DNA of 64,000 nt from NCBI GenBank assembly GCA_963791045.1, contig CAWBQK010000017.1, forward strand, positions 32,001 to 96,000, read 5' to 3'. The notes beneath the pieces were generated by a model. That model worked only from the letters and a program-made list of their open reading frames with translations. It made no database searches and had not been told where the DNA came from. Positions 41,430-51,216 of the stretch are shown here, piece after piece; position 1 is the first letter of the stretch, and each line of letters begins with the position of its first letter. The DNA is from Candidatus Latescibacterota bacterium. GTDB lineage: Bacteria > Krumholzibacteriota > Krumholzibacteriia > WVZY01. Made by a program: the position numbers and the translations under genes.

Positions 41430-42545
41430 CTATTCAAAATCCACAAAAAGAGTGAACTCGCCGGGCGTATCGCTCGAACTGTCGATGGCGATATAGTAGA
41501 CCCCCGCAAGGAGTTCCTTTGTCATTCTATTGTCCGCTTTCTCGAGGCAATTCGTTGCCAATAAAACCTCGTCGAGCACGTCGAGCGAGCCGAGGAGGTG
41601 AATGTCGTTGTTTATTCCCTCGTCCTTGATGTCGGAAACGATAATGGTGACCGCTCCCGCATTTTTCAATCTCAGCTCGTAAATAACCTCCGGGCCGGTC
41701 TGAATCGAACCTGGGTCCACGGAGTAGCGGTCGATCACCATGCTGACAACGTCGCGGGTGTTCCCGTCGTGGACGAAAGGAAACGCATCCGAGTCTATCG
41801 GGATCGGGTTGACGGTGGTTCCCGGGGGATCGGGGTCTTTCTCGATGTTGTGGTAACGGATGGCCTTGTATCCGGAGTCATTGAGGTATTCCCAGCTAAC
41901 TTCTCTGAACCGGACTCCTTCGATGGAAGAGTCGATGATACAAAGATTGCCGTCTCGGGTTTCGTAGACAAAAAGGATGGTGTGATACACGTTTATAAAG
42001 GCATCGCCTTTTTTGAGGTCGCCGGCGTCGTGATTCCCGAAGTCTATGTCGACGATGTCCTCAGAAATGTCACACAGTTTTCTGGGAATGTCGGGGTCCG
42101 CGTAACACAACGTGTATTTCTCCTTGAGATGCCACGCTCGCGATACGAGTCCGGTGCAAGAGACCCCGACGACACAGTCGATCGAATAGTTGTCGTAGGT
42201 GTTTGCGCCTCCACCCGTCCCGGTGCCGAACCCTTCGTCAATTTTCAAGAGGAAGTTCTCGATGTCCGTCCAGCCGCCCCATTTGTATCCCATCCCAATG
42301 CGGGTTCCTGTGGGGTAGTCACTCGAAAACCCTCCGCCGCAGGAAACCCCCGTCTGGTTTGTCGCCGACATCGTCCAGTGGAGCCTCGCGTACTCGTCGG
42401 CGGTGAGAATGATTTCGCTACGGGTGACAGGAGGGCCAACGTGGTCGCCGGTGCCGTTTGTGTCGACAACCGTGGCGCCGTCGTCCCCACAGGCGGGAGC
42501 AAAAGACAGCAGCGCTGCCAGGAAGATTATGGTGTGAATTCGCAT
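41430..42545 (-). CDS. Lipoprotein with an NlpC/P60-like Cys-His domain and C-terminal beta-sandwich
   Basis: Lipobox APAC, GYKWGG, GVSCTGLVSRAW, LKKGDAF..HTILF. Confidence 0.7.
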   Translation of the reverse strand: MRIHTIIFLAALLSFAPACGDDGATVVDTNGTGDHVGPPVTRSEIILTADEYARLHWTMSATNQTGVSCGGGFSSDYPTGTRIGMGYKWGGWTDIENFLLKIDEGFGTGTGGGANTYDNYSIDCVVGVSCTGLVSRAWHLKEKYTLCYADPDIPRKLCDISEDIVDIDFGNHDAGDLKKGDAFINVYHTILFVYETRDGNLCIIDSSIEGVRFREVSWEYLNDSGYKAIRYHNIEKDPDPPGTTVNPIPIDSDAFPFVHDGNTRDVVSMVIDRYSVDPGSIQTGPEVIYELRLKNAGAVTIIVSDIKDEGINNDIHLLGSLDVLDEVLLATNCLEKADNRMTKELLAGVYYIAIDSSSDTPGEFTLFVDFE

Positions 42546-42649
42546 CCAACCTCCGTATGCAATATAACTGACTAATGCGAATAATCAAATATGCGAATTG
42601 TGAGACGCTCGTGGCGTTGGTATTGCCGGCTGTGAACTTCGGGGCAAAG

Positions 42650-42678
42650 AAAAGGCCCGAGCTGAGCCCGGGCCTTTT
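42650..42678 (-). terminator. Terminator downstream of ahcY
   Basis: AAAAGGCCCG...CGGGCCTTTT. Confidence 0.7.
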
Positions 42679-42701
42679 GTCACGGTGTAATCAGCAGCTT
42701 T

Positions 42702-44192
42702 CTAGTAGCTGTAATGGTCGGGCTTGTACGGCCCATCAACCGGAATACCGAGATAGTCCGATTGTTCCTGGGTCAGGCGGGTGAGCTTGACGCCAAGGTG
42801 GTCGAGATGAAGCCGGGCGACTTCCTCGTCGAGCGATTTGGGCAGGCGATAGACTTTTTTCTCGTATTTTCCGCGGTTCTTGTACAGCTCGATCTGCGCG
42901 AGAACCTGGTTGGCAAACGACGTCGACATCACAAAACTCGGATGACCGGTCGCGCAACCGAGGTTCAAAAGACGGCCCTCAGCCAGCATGAGGACACTGT
43001 GGCCGTCGGGGAAATTCCACTGGTCGTACTGAGGTTTGATGTTCTCGACCACGGCGCCGTTCTTCTTCAGGCTCGCGATATCGATTTCATTGTCAAAGTG
43101 ACCGATGTTTCCGACAATCGCTTTGTCCTTCATCCTGTTCATCATCTCGAAGGTGATGACGTCTTTGTTGCCCGTAGCCGTCACGAATATGTCGGCTTGT
43201 TCGATGACATCCTCGATCGGTTTTACCTCGTAACCTTCCATGGCGGCCTGGAGGGCGCATATCGGATCGATCTCGGTCACGATAACACGGGCGCCCTGGC
43301 CCTTGAGCGACTGGGCGCAGCCTTTACCGACTTCGCCGTAACCGCAAACCACGGCGACCTTGCCGCCGATCATCACGTCACTGGCGCGGTTGAGTCCGTC
43401 GATGAGCGAATGACGGCAACCGTAGATGTTGTCAAATTTGTGTTTCGTGACAGAATCGTTGACGTTTATGGCGGGGAAGAGAAGTGATCCGGCCTCTTCC
43501 ATTTGAGAAAGGCGGATCACTCCGGTGGTTGTCTCCTCGGAAACGCCCTGGATAACCTCGGCCACATTGGTCCAGCGCTTCGGGTTCTTTGAGAGTTCTT
43601 CTCGTAGGACACCGAGGATGGATCCCCACTCTTCGGGGTCCTTATCCGCGTCGAACTCGGGGACCGCGCCGGCGTCTTCGAATTCTTTGCCTTTGTGTAC
43701 GAGCAGAGTCGCGTCGCCGCCATCGTCCACGATCAGATCGGGGCCGCTGCCATCGGGCCACATGATGGCCTCGTTTGTACACCACCAGTACTCGTCTAGC
43801 GTCTCGCCCTTCCAAGCAAAGACGGGTACGCCCTTCGGATCGTCAACGGTGCCGTTGGGACCGACAACCGCGGCGGCCGCCGCATGATCCTGCGTGGAGA
43901 AAATGTTACAGCTTACCCAGCGGACATCCGCGCCGAGATCGACGAGTGTCTCTATCAGAACGGCCGTCTGAATGGTCATGTGGAGGCTTCCCATGATCTT
44001 CGCCCCGGCAAGCGGTTTTTCGCCCGCGTATTTTTTGCGAACGGAAATCAAACCGGGCATCTCATGCTCGGCGAGTTCGATTTCTTTACGGCCGTGGGCC
44101 GCGAGTGAGAGATCCTTGACTTTGAAGGGCTCTCGGCCGGCCTTTTTTGCATCGTCGAATCCGGTCGATGAGTTGTTCACGTTGATACTCAT
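42702..44192 (-). CDS. ahcY: S-adenosylhomocysteine hydrolase
   Basis: [45 protein letters not shown]. Confidence 0.98.
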   Translation of the reverse strand: MSINVNNSSTGFDDAKKAGREPFKVKDLSLAAHGRKEIELAEHEMPGLISVRKKYAGEKPLAGAKIMGSLHMTIQTAVLIETLVDLGADVRWVSCNIFSTQDHAAAAAVVGPNGTVDDPKGVPVFAWKGETLDEYWWCTNEAIMWPDGSGPDLIVDDGGDATLLVHKGKEFEDAGAVPEFDADKDPEEWGSILGVLREELSKNPKRWTNVAEVIQGVSEETTTGVIRLSQMEEAGSLLFPAINVNDSVTKHKFDNIYGCRHSLIDGLNRASDVMIGGKVAVVCGYGEVGKGCAQSLKGQGARVIVTEIDPICALQAAMEGYEVKPIEDVIEQADIFVTATGNKDVITFEMMNRMKDKAIVGNIGHFDNEIDIASLKKNGAVVENIKPQYDQWNFPDGHSVLMLAEGRLLNLGCATGHPSFVMSTSFANQVLAQIELYKNRGKYEKKVYRLPKSLDEEVARLHLDHLGVKLTRLTQEQSDYLGIPVDGPYKPDHYSY

Positions 44193-45148
44193 TTCTTTTC
44201 GCTCCTTAATTGCGCCGAAACGGCGAACAGGTTTGGTCCTTTGGCTTCCGGGGCGGGCGGCAGGTTTTGAAAACGCACCGAATCAAACCCGGCGGCCAAA
44301 AGGTACTCTTCGATTTCATCCTCTGAAAAACCAAGCCACACGTGACCTTTGTCCAACCGGTATTCGGCGCGGTCGTGTGGCAGCATATCTACTATTAAAA
44401 TAAGTCCGCCGGGACGAAGACAGCGCGCTGCTTCGCGAATGGCGGCGTCGGGTCGTTCGAGATGGTGTAATACCAGAATCATCGTTGTGACGTCAACGTT
44501 ATTGTCATCGAGCGGGAGGGCCTCGAGCTCGGCGAGCCGAAGCTCCACGTTGTCAAATCTTTCGAGTCGTTGGCCGGCTAGCTCGAGCATTGGGGCCGAG
44601 GCATCGATGCCCACAACGCGTGTGACGAACGGAGCCAGCGCTTCGGCCACCGTTCCCGTACCGCAGCCCAAATCGGCGACCGACCACTCCGTCGGCAGCA
44701 GCCCCGGCAAGGCATACAAATAAAATTGACTCCCGTACAACTCATCCCGGATGACATCCCAACGATCGCTCGTGGCGTCAAAAAACTCCTGCGATCTGCT
44801 GCGGTGGCGGGCGAGTACGCTTCTGAGCCGCTCGAGGTCGAGGCGCCGAGTGGACGTTTTTTCGATCTCAGCCCGTGTCAACTGCCAAAGACTCTGCGCT
44901 GTTCCGTCCAGGTCGCGGATTGTCGCATGGTACAATCTCCTGGTCCCGTCGGGTCGTGAATCAACAAAACCTTTGTCCGCCAACGCTTTAAGGTGCCGGC
45001 TCACTGTGGACTGAGGGAGTTGAACGACGGCGCACAGATCGGACACCGTGAGCTCGTGGTCCTCCAGAATCGCGAGGGCGCGGCATCGCACACTCTCGGC
45101 GAGAAGAGCCATCTGATCGAGAATTATTGGATCGTTGTTATTTGTCAT
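44189..45148 (-). CDS. sahR: ArsR HTH + SAM-binding methyltransferase-fold regulator (SahR/SamR-like)
   Basis: [32 protein letters not shown]; stop overlaps the ahcY start. Confidence 0.85.
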   Translation of the reverse strand: MTNNNDPIILDQMALLAESVRCRALAILEDHELTVSDLCAVVQLPQSTVSRHLKALADKGFVDSRPDGTRRLYHATIRDLDGTAQSLWQLTRAEIEKTSTRRLDLERLRSVLARHRSRSQEFFDATSDRWDVIRDELYGSQFYLYALPGLLPTEWSVADLGCGTGTVAEALAPFVTRVVGIDASAPMLELAGQRLERFDNVELRLAELEALPLDDNNVDVTTMILVLHHLERPDAAIREAARCLRPGGLILIVDMLPHDRAEYRLDKGHVWLGFSEDEIEEYLLAAGFDSVRFQNLPPAPEAKGPNLFAVSAQLRSEKK

Positions 45149-45152
45149 CGCA

Positions 45153-45172
45153 ATATCCGTCCATCCGCATAT
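45153..45172. promoter_or_regulatory. Candidate SahR operator
   Basis: Imperfect 20-bp palindrome ATATCCGTCCATCCGCATAT, 4 nt upstream of the sahR start. Confidence 0.45.
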
Positions 45173-45360
45173 AAAGATATACTACAATCTCGTGTTTTGC
45201 AAGAGGGAATTGCCACCATCTGAATTCCCGGCGCGACCGGTAGATATATTCTTGTAAGGGTTAACCGTTTTTAACTTTACACCCGCTGGGACCGGGTGTT
45301 AAATGATCGTCGAGGAGGGGATCGGGGAGTCGGACAACGGGCCACGAACAGGAAACAATC

Positions 45361-45942
45361 ATGGATATACTTTCTGTCTCAGTTACGCTTTTTCTTATCA
45401 TGGATCCTTTTGGGAATCTGCCTGTATTTTTGCCGATTCTCGAGAGGGTGCCGGAAAAGCGCCGCCGTGCTGTTCTCGTCCGTGAACTTCTTCTCGCACT
45501 TGTTGTCATCGCGATATTCATTTTTGGCGGCCGTTATCTTTTGGGATTCCTTGGAATCAAAGAGGATTCGGTGAGCATTGCCGGTGGGATCATCCTGTTC
45601 TTGATCGCGGTGAGAATGGTGTTTCCGCCGGAAAAGCGCACCGAAGCGGAGTTTGCCGGCGAACCGCTTCTCGTACCGATCGCGATACCCCTGACCGCCG
45701 GACCATCGCTTCTCGCCGTTCTGCTTCTGTTTTCGACGGGGCATCCGGAGAGGTTATTTGACCTTCTGCTTGCCGCGCTCATCGCCTGGGGTGCCACGTT
45801 TATCATACTTTTCAGCTCGACGTTTATCGTTCGATTTCTGAGGAAAAGGGGATTGATTGCCGTTGAAAGGCTTATGGGGATGGTGTTGGTTGCGCTTGCC
45901 GTGCAACTCTTCCTGGACGGTGTTACCGGGTACCTGGGGTAG
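45361..45942 (+). CDS. MarC family membrane protein
   Basis: IMDPFGNLP, IAGGIILF, VPIAIPLTAGP, ERLMG. Confidence 0.92.
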   Translation: MDILSVSVTLFLIMDPFGNLPVFLPILERVPEKRRRAVLVRELLLALVVIAIFIFGGRYLLGFLGIKEDSVSIAGGIILFLIAVRMVFPPEKRTEAEFAGEPLLVPIAIPLTAGPSLLAVLLLFSTGHPERLFDLLLAALIAWGATFIILFSSTFIVRFLRKRGLIAVERLMGMVLVALAVQLFLDGVTGYLG

Positions 45943-45957
45943 CGAGCGGGAATTCTG

Positions 45958-46557
45958 TCAGTTATCGCTGGCGAGCGATGTGTGTTTCCGGAGTCTCTCC
46001 AGTCCGTTATAAATCCTGTGTTTGACCAGCTTTTCGGGAATGTGGAGGACTTCCGCGATTTCCGCTCGTGATAAACCCTCTGTATAGCGGAGCAGCAACA
46101 CCTCACGCTGCTCGTTGGGGAGCGAGGCGAGGCGTTTTACCAGGAGCTCTCGCTTTTCAGTTTTGACGAGGCGGCTCAATTGCCCGGTCAACTGTCCGTT
46201 GATCATTGAGGATTCGGGGAGGGTCTGATCGTCGAGTCGGCGGTTTTGCGCCCGCAATCGATCGAGACATTTGTTTCGGCAGATCTCATACACCCATGGC
46301 CTGAACCGTCCGGGTACCGTCGGATTCTCCAAAACCTTGCAGAATACGTCCTGGACCACGTCCTGCGCGTCCTCCCAACGGCCGAGATAGCCGAGGCAGA
46401 ATCGCGTAAGACGAGGCCTGTATAACCTGTCGAGCAGCTTTCCCGCATCAGCACTACCCTCGCGTAGCTCCACAACCAGCGAGGGGGTCAGATCGGCGGG
46501 CGATTGCTCGCGGCTCTTCTCGTCCGACAATTCGGGTGGCCTCCTGTTTTCCATCAA
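45958..46557 (-). CDS. ECF sigma-70 factor
   Basis: Region 2 DAQDVVQDVF..FRPWVYEICRN; region 4 LPNEQREVLLLRY..EIAEVL. Confidence 0.9.
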   Translation of the reverse strand: MMENRRPPELSDEKSREQSPADLTPSLVVELREGSADAGKLLDRLYRPRLTRFCLGYLGRWEDAQDVVQDVFCKVLENPTVPGRFRPWVYEICRNKCLDRLRAQNRRLDDQTLPESSMINGQLTGQLSRLVKTEKRELLVKRLASLPNEQREVLLLRYTEGLSRAEIAEVLHIPEKLVKHRIYNGLERLRKHTSLASDN

Positions 46558-46731
46558 CCCCTACATTGATAAGACGCCGGGAATCTGTTTTCGACGCTGA
46601 CAATTTGCGAAATCAGGGGGCTTTTGTGCCTCCAAACCGCAAGTCGAGGGCCTTGCCTCTTGTGCGGACTTAGGGTAAGATTATAACGCGTCGGGTGGTA
46701 TCTGCAACAGTGTGGTTTTCGGAGGACTGCA

Positions 46732-49098
46732 ATGGGCTGCGACATATCCGGTGAAAAGCTTTGGAGCATGATCGATCGGGATGCCCCAGAGCTGGAGGAG
46801 CATCTTGCCGTCTGTCCCGTCTGTCGGATGGAGGCAGCGAAAATCCGCGAAAGAATCGGATTCCTGGTCGACGATCCGGATCAGGAATTTCCCCTGCCAG
46901 ATAACATAGGTCCCTACAAAGTGTTAGGTGTTCTGGGTGAAGGCGGACAGGCCCTGGTATATGAAGCCCTGCAGTCCAAACCGAGCCGCCGCGTCGCCGT
47001 GAAGCTTTTGAAAGGTGGGCATTTTATTGAAAAGGCCCGCCTGCGACACTTCCGCCGGGAAACGCAAACACTCGCTCGGCTGAACCATCCTTACATAGCA
47101 ACTATTTACGAGGCCGACCGAACGCCCGAGGGTCTCTACTTTTTTGCCATGGAATTCATCGACGGCGAACCGTTGCACGTTTTCATCAAAAAAAGGAAAC
47201 CGTCGCAAAAGACGCTGGTAGCGTTCATGGCAAAGGTCTGCGGAGCGTTGGAATATGCTCACTCGCAGGGGGTTATTCACAGGGACCTCAAGCCTTCCAA
47301 CATAATGGTCGATTCAGCCGGCAACCCGAAAATTCTCGATTTCGGACTGGCAAGACTCGCGTATAACGAGGGTGAGCCCAGCTTCACCGCCACAAAGGAT
47401 GGACGCATCGAGGGGACCCCGCGCTATATGAGCCCCGAGCAAATCATTGGGCTTCAAAGCAAAATTGACGAGCGTTCGGACGTGTACGCGCTTGGTGTTA
47501 TTTTATATGAAATTATTACTGGGGCCCCACCCAACCGGGTAACCACCATTACACCGGACGCCGTGAAGATTATATGTGAAGATCTTCCGCGCAAGCCAAG
47601 TGACGTCGACCCGTCGGTCGATGAGGATCTTGACGCGATCGCGCTGAAGGCGCTTGAAAAGAACCCGAAGGATCGATACCAATCGGCCGGCGATCTGGGG
47701 AGCGACCTTGAAAACTTTGTCGACGGTGAACCGGTTTCGGTGAGACCCCCGAGCAAATTTTACTACGCAATGAAACGCGTCAAGAAACGCCACGCCATGG
47801 GGTGGATTGGCGCCATGGTTGTTATCTGCGTCGCCCTGGGATTATGGTTTTATCCGAGAGAGTCATTTGATAAACAAGCCGCCAGGTTAGAAGCTCTCGA
47901 CATCCGAATGTCTCTTTTGAAAGAAGGACCCCGGGACCTGGTTTATCACCGGGCCAGGGAAATTATCTATAAGTACCCCGAACTCGTTGAGGCCAACCTG
48001 GCCTGGGCCCAGGTGCAGAGTGAGCACCACGAACAAAACAACGCGATCAGCAGTTTGGTTCAAGGTGTGAGAGCTGATTCGACGGCGTGGTACTTCCGGA
48101 TTCTCCTTCATGATATTCGGACAATGAATAATCTCCCGAGCGACGATGGGGTGGGAGCGGCATATTGGCCTGAGAACGTGCCAACATCGGCCGATGCGTG
48201 GTTCGTTCGCTCGTTCTCGACACTCAAACCCGATAACGCTCTGAAATGGGCGAGGGAAGCGGTGTCACTCGAACCGGGAAATGAGTTATATCTCACCAAC
48301 CTTGCGTGTCTGGCGGAAATCGAAGAGGACTTCGAGACTGTCATTGACGTGGCCGGCAAACTGGCAGATAGCGGAGTTCGTGGAACTTACTGGCATCTTT
48401 ATCGAGCGAAAATATTCTGCAAGTTCGGGCGTTACGCCGAAGCGCTCGAAGAGGGTTACAAAATAATTGAAATTTCGCCGGATTCCTATTCCGGTTACAG
48501 CCTCTGTGGAAAAATCCACAGGCGGACAAAGAATTTTGAAGCGTCGGTGAGCGAGTTGACAACGGCCATCGAGAAGCAGGGCGTGGACAATCCCGCCACC
48601 GCGTGGCACTATTATCATCGCGGTACGGTTCGATGGTTGGCGGGCGACCGGGATGGAGCGATATCGGACTACAGGGTTGCCCACACGAGATTGACCTTCG
48701 CGAGCTTTGTGAATGCCCGTCTTTTTATTTTTCTGAATGAAATGAATCGTCCCGGTGAGGCCAACGAAGCCCTTGCGAATGCCCGCAGAAGTCCAAAGTA
48801 TAACGAGTGGATTCAGAACATTCTTTTCTGTCTGGCGGGTGACATCACGCCGGACGTTCTCGTCGAAATTGCCGAAAGGTCGGCAAATCCGGTCCATGCT
48901 TGCGAAGCCTACTATTATGCGGGAGAGGTTTCGTTGCTGCACGGAGAAGTGGAGAATTCTCGCGGCTGGTTTGAGAAGTGTGTCGGCTCCGGCGTTGAAT
49001 ACGAGGGCGAAAACTACCTCGACCCCATCAGCGAGGTCGAACTCGCCGAGTGGCGGCTCGGAGTGCATCAAGCAGCCCGGCTGGAAAACGCCAAATAG
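46732..49098 (+). CDS. Membrane Ser/Thr kinase with N-terminal zinc-finger (anti-sigma-like) motif and C-terminal TPRs
   Basis: HLAVCPVC; LGEGG, VAVK, HRDLKPSN, DFG, GTPRYMSPEQ; one TM; TPR/NlpI-like tail (CEAYYYAG). Confidence 0.9.
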   Translation: MGCDISGEKLWSMIDRDAPELEEHLAVCPVCRMEAAKIRERIGFLVDDPDQEFPLPDNIGPYKVLGVLGEGGQALVYEALQSKPSRRVAVKLLKGGHFIEKARLRHFRRETQTLARLNHPYIATIYEADRTPEGLYFFAMEFIDGEPLHVFIKKRKPSQKTLVAFMAKVCGALEYAHSQGVIHRDLKPSNIMVDSAGNPKILDFGLARLAYNEGEPSFTATKDGRIEGTPRYMSPEQIIGLQSKIDERSDVYALGVILYEIITGAPPNRVTTITPDAVKIICEDLPRKPSDVDPSVDEDLDAIALKALEKNPKDRYQSAGDLGSDLENFVDGEPVSVRPPSKFYYAMKRVKKRHAMGWIGAMVVICVALGLWFYPRESFDKQAARLEALDIRMSLLKEGPRDLVYHRAREIIYKYPELVEANLAWAQVQSEHHEQNNAISSLVQGVRADSTAWYFRILLHDIRTMNNLPSDDGVGAAYWPENVPTSADAWFVRSFSTLKPDNALKWAREAVSLEPGNELYLTNLACLAEIEEDFETVIDVAGKLADSGVRGTYWHLYRAKIFCKFGRYAEALEEGYKIIEISPDSYSGYSLCGKIHRRTKNFEASVSELTTAIEKQGVDNPATAWHYYHRGTVRWLAGDRDGAISDYRVAHTRLTFASFVNARLFIFLNEMNRPGEANEALANARRSPKYNEWIQNILFCLAGDITPDVLVEIAERSANPVHACEAYYYAGEVSLLHGEVENSRGWFEKCVGSGVEYEGENYLDPISEVELAEWRLGVHQAARLENAK

Positions 49099-49199
49099 CC
49101 ACGGATTGAGACACGCGATTCTGCCCATACCCACGCCATATTATTGCCATTGCAAAACATAGACACAGAGAACTCCGCATACGGACGGGCCAAAACAGT

Positions 49200-49228
49200 T
49201 TGACCAATCCGGGGGTTTCCGGTATAAT
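49200..49228 (+). promoter_or_regulatory. Sigma70 promoter
   Basis: TTGACC-17 nt-TATAAT upstream of 49360. Confidence 0.6.
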
Positions 49229-49359
49229 CGCTTTCCCAATTGTCCACCATCGTTGGGGTAGCGACTTAAAGCGATACAATTTTGGAAGTATTCTGCCGGC
49301 ACACATCGGGTGCACGGTAAGTTGCGTGTTTATAACGTATTACGTCAGGAGGCGTTGGT

Positions 49360-51086
49360 ATGTTGAAGTTACGTTTGGTCTTGCTGGTGGCGCTGTTGGC
49401 GCTGCCGCTGATTGGCGGCTGCTCCAGTGACGACGGCGATTCTCCGATGGATCAGGGGAGTTTTGTCGTCGGCTCGTCCGCGGCGCCCGTGAATATTGGT
49501 CCCAGTGACATCGTGTTTTGTGTCGATGTCTCGGACACCGTGTCCGCCGATCAGCTGAAGTCGATCGTCGACGCGCTCGGCGCCTGCCTTGCCGATCCTG
49601 ACTTGATCCCTCAGGACGGGACGATATTGATCGGCGCGTATGTGTACGGTGATACGGTCGCACAGCTTGTCGAACCGGGCACCGCCGTCGACGCGACGAG
49701 TTTGAAGGATGTTATTGGGCCGGCTTTCCAGGGGCTGCTCACCGACCGCATTGTTGGTGGAGGCGGAATCGACCTGGCCGGCGCGATGGGAATGGCGCGT
49801 ACCGCACTTGGTGCTGCGACGAACCTGGATCGCCATGTGTTGCTCATGGGCAGTGGCGAGGCCGACGATGAAGCAGGTGCCGAGAATGAATGTACCGAAC
49901 TTAAGAACATCGGCGTGATGGTGTCGGCAATCGGCACGGTTCCGGCAAGTGCCGGAGTCTTTCAATCATGTGCCGTTAATACCGGCGGCTTTCTTGGTTA
50001 CGGAGAGGGAAGCCTGAACGAGGTGTGCGCCGTGGCATTTGCCTACATGCTCCAGGTGGACATCGATCTCGAACCGGAAACAGCCGAATTAAAACGCGGC
50101 GAAATGCACGAAGTCATGGCGATGGTGTTTCGTGCTGGCGACGCTGAAAACTATCCCGAAGCCGGCAGCGACGTTACCTTTATGATCGTCGATGGTCCCA
50201 ACATGGGCGACTCGACCGCAACCGTGGTGACGGATACCACCGGTTTGGCGAAGTGGTCGTACACGGGCGACAGTGGGCCGGGAATCGATTATATCGTTGC
50301 GGAGACTATTCATCCCGGTACGGGAAACATGTTAACGGATACGGTCATGGTCAACTGGCTCAATGAGCCGCCGACCTGCGATGCAGGCGGACCTTATGAA
50401 GTTGTTGTCGACAGCGACAGTGCGTACGTGATGCTCGACGCGACGGCCTCGTCCGATCTCGACGGTGATTCGTTGACATTTCATTGGGCCGTGGATTGTT
50501 CGGACGGTGCGTACTTCGACGATGAGACCGCTGCGATGCCGGTTCTTATGCTCACCGGTGATTGTCTCTGTGTGGATTCGTTGACGGTAACGAGCTGACG
50601 GTCAGTGACGGGTTCGACGAGACGATGTGCGAAGCCGTTGTGAGTATTAATGACATGCGTCCTCCGGTGGTCACGCTTCGGGATGAGCCAATCCGTATGT
50701 GGCCGCCCAATCACAAGTATCACACGATCACGCCCGAGATGTTTGTCGAATCGATCGAGGACGCTTGCGGCCGCCCGCTCGAAATCGACGCATCGGTCAG
50801 GATCATGATCGTCTATAGCGACGAGCCGGAAGATGGTGCGGGCGACGGCAAGACCGTCAATGACATCATTGTCGAGTGTCCCAATGACGTTCAGCTACGC
50901 GCCGAGCGCATGGGTGGAATGATGGGTCGTGTGTATACCATCACCTACTATGCGACGGGAGAAAACGGCGCGAGTGCGGTTTTCGAAGGGGAAGTTGTTG
51001 TCCCACATGATATGTCCGGGCGCGACGTGATGCCCAATCCGTTCGGCGGATACTCGGTCACGCCGGACTGCGGCGACGCGGACTGA
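49360..51086 (+). CDS. vWA + Ig-like/PKD-domain lipoprotein; one gene split by a frameshift near 50590
   Basis: Lipobox IGGC, MIDAS-like DVSDT, PTCDAGGPY..SSDLDGDSLTFHW continuing as ELTVSDG in the next frame; MWPPNHK..LRAER domain. Confidence 0.75.
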
Positions 51087-51147
51087 ACCGATCCTGGCCT
51101 CGATTCGTTCGGCTCAAAGCCGAGCGGAAAACAATGAAGGCCTCACG

Positions 51148-51180
51148 AAAAAGACCCCGGGGCGTTACGCCCCGGGGTCT
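51148..51180 (-). terminator. Intrinsic terminator for the rhodanese operon (likely bidirectional)
   Basis: AGACCCCGGGGCG-TTA-CGCCCCGGGGTCT with a flanking A run. Confidence 0.8.
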
Positions 51181-51216
51181 CACATCATCCCAACCACACA
51201 CATTTACAAACGACTA

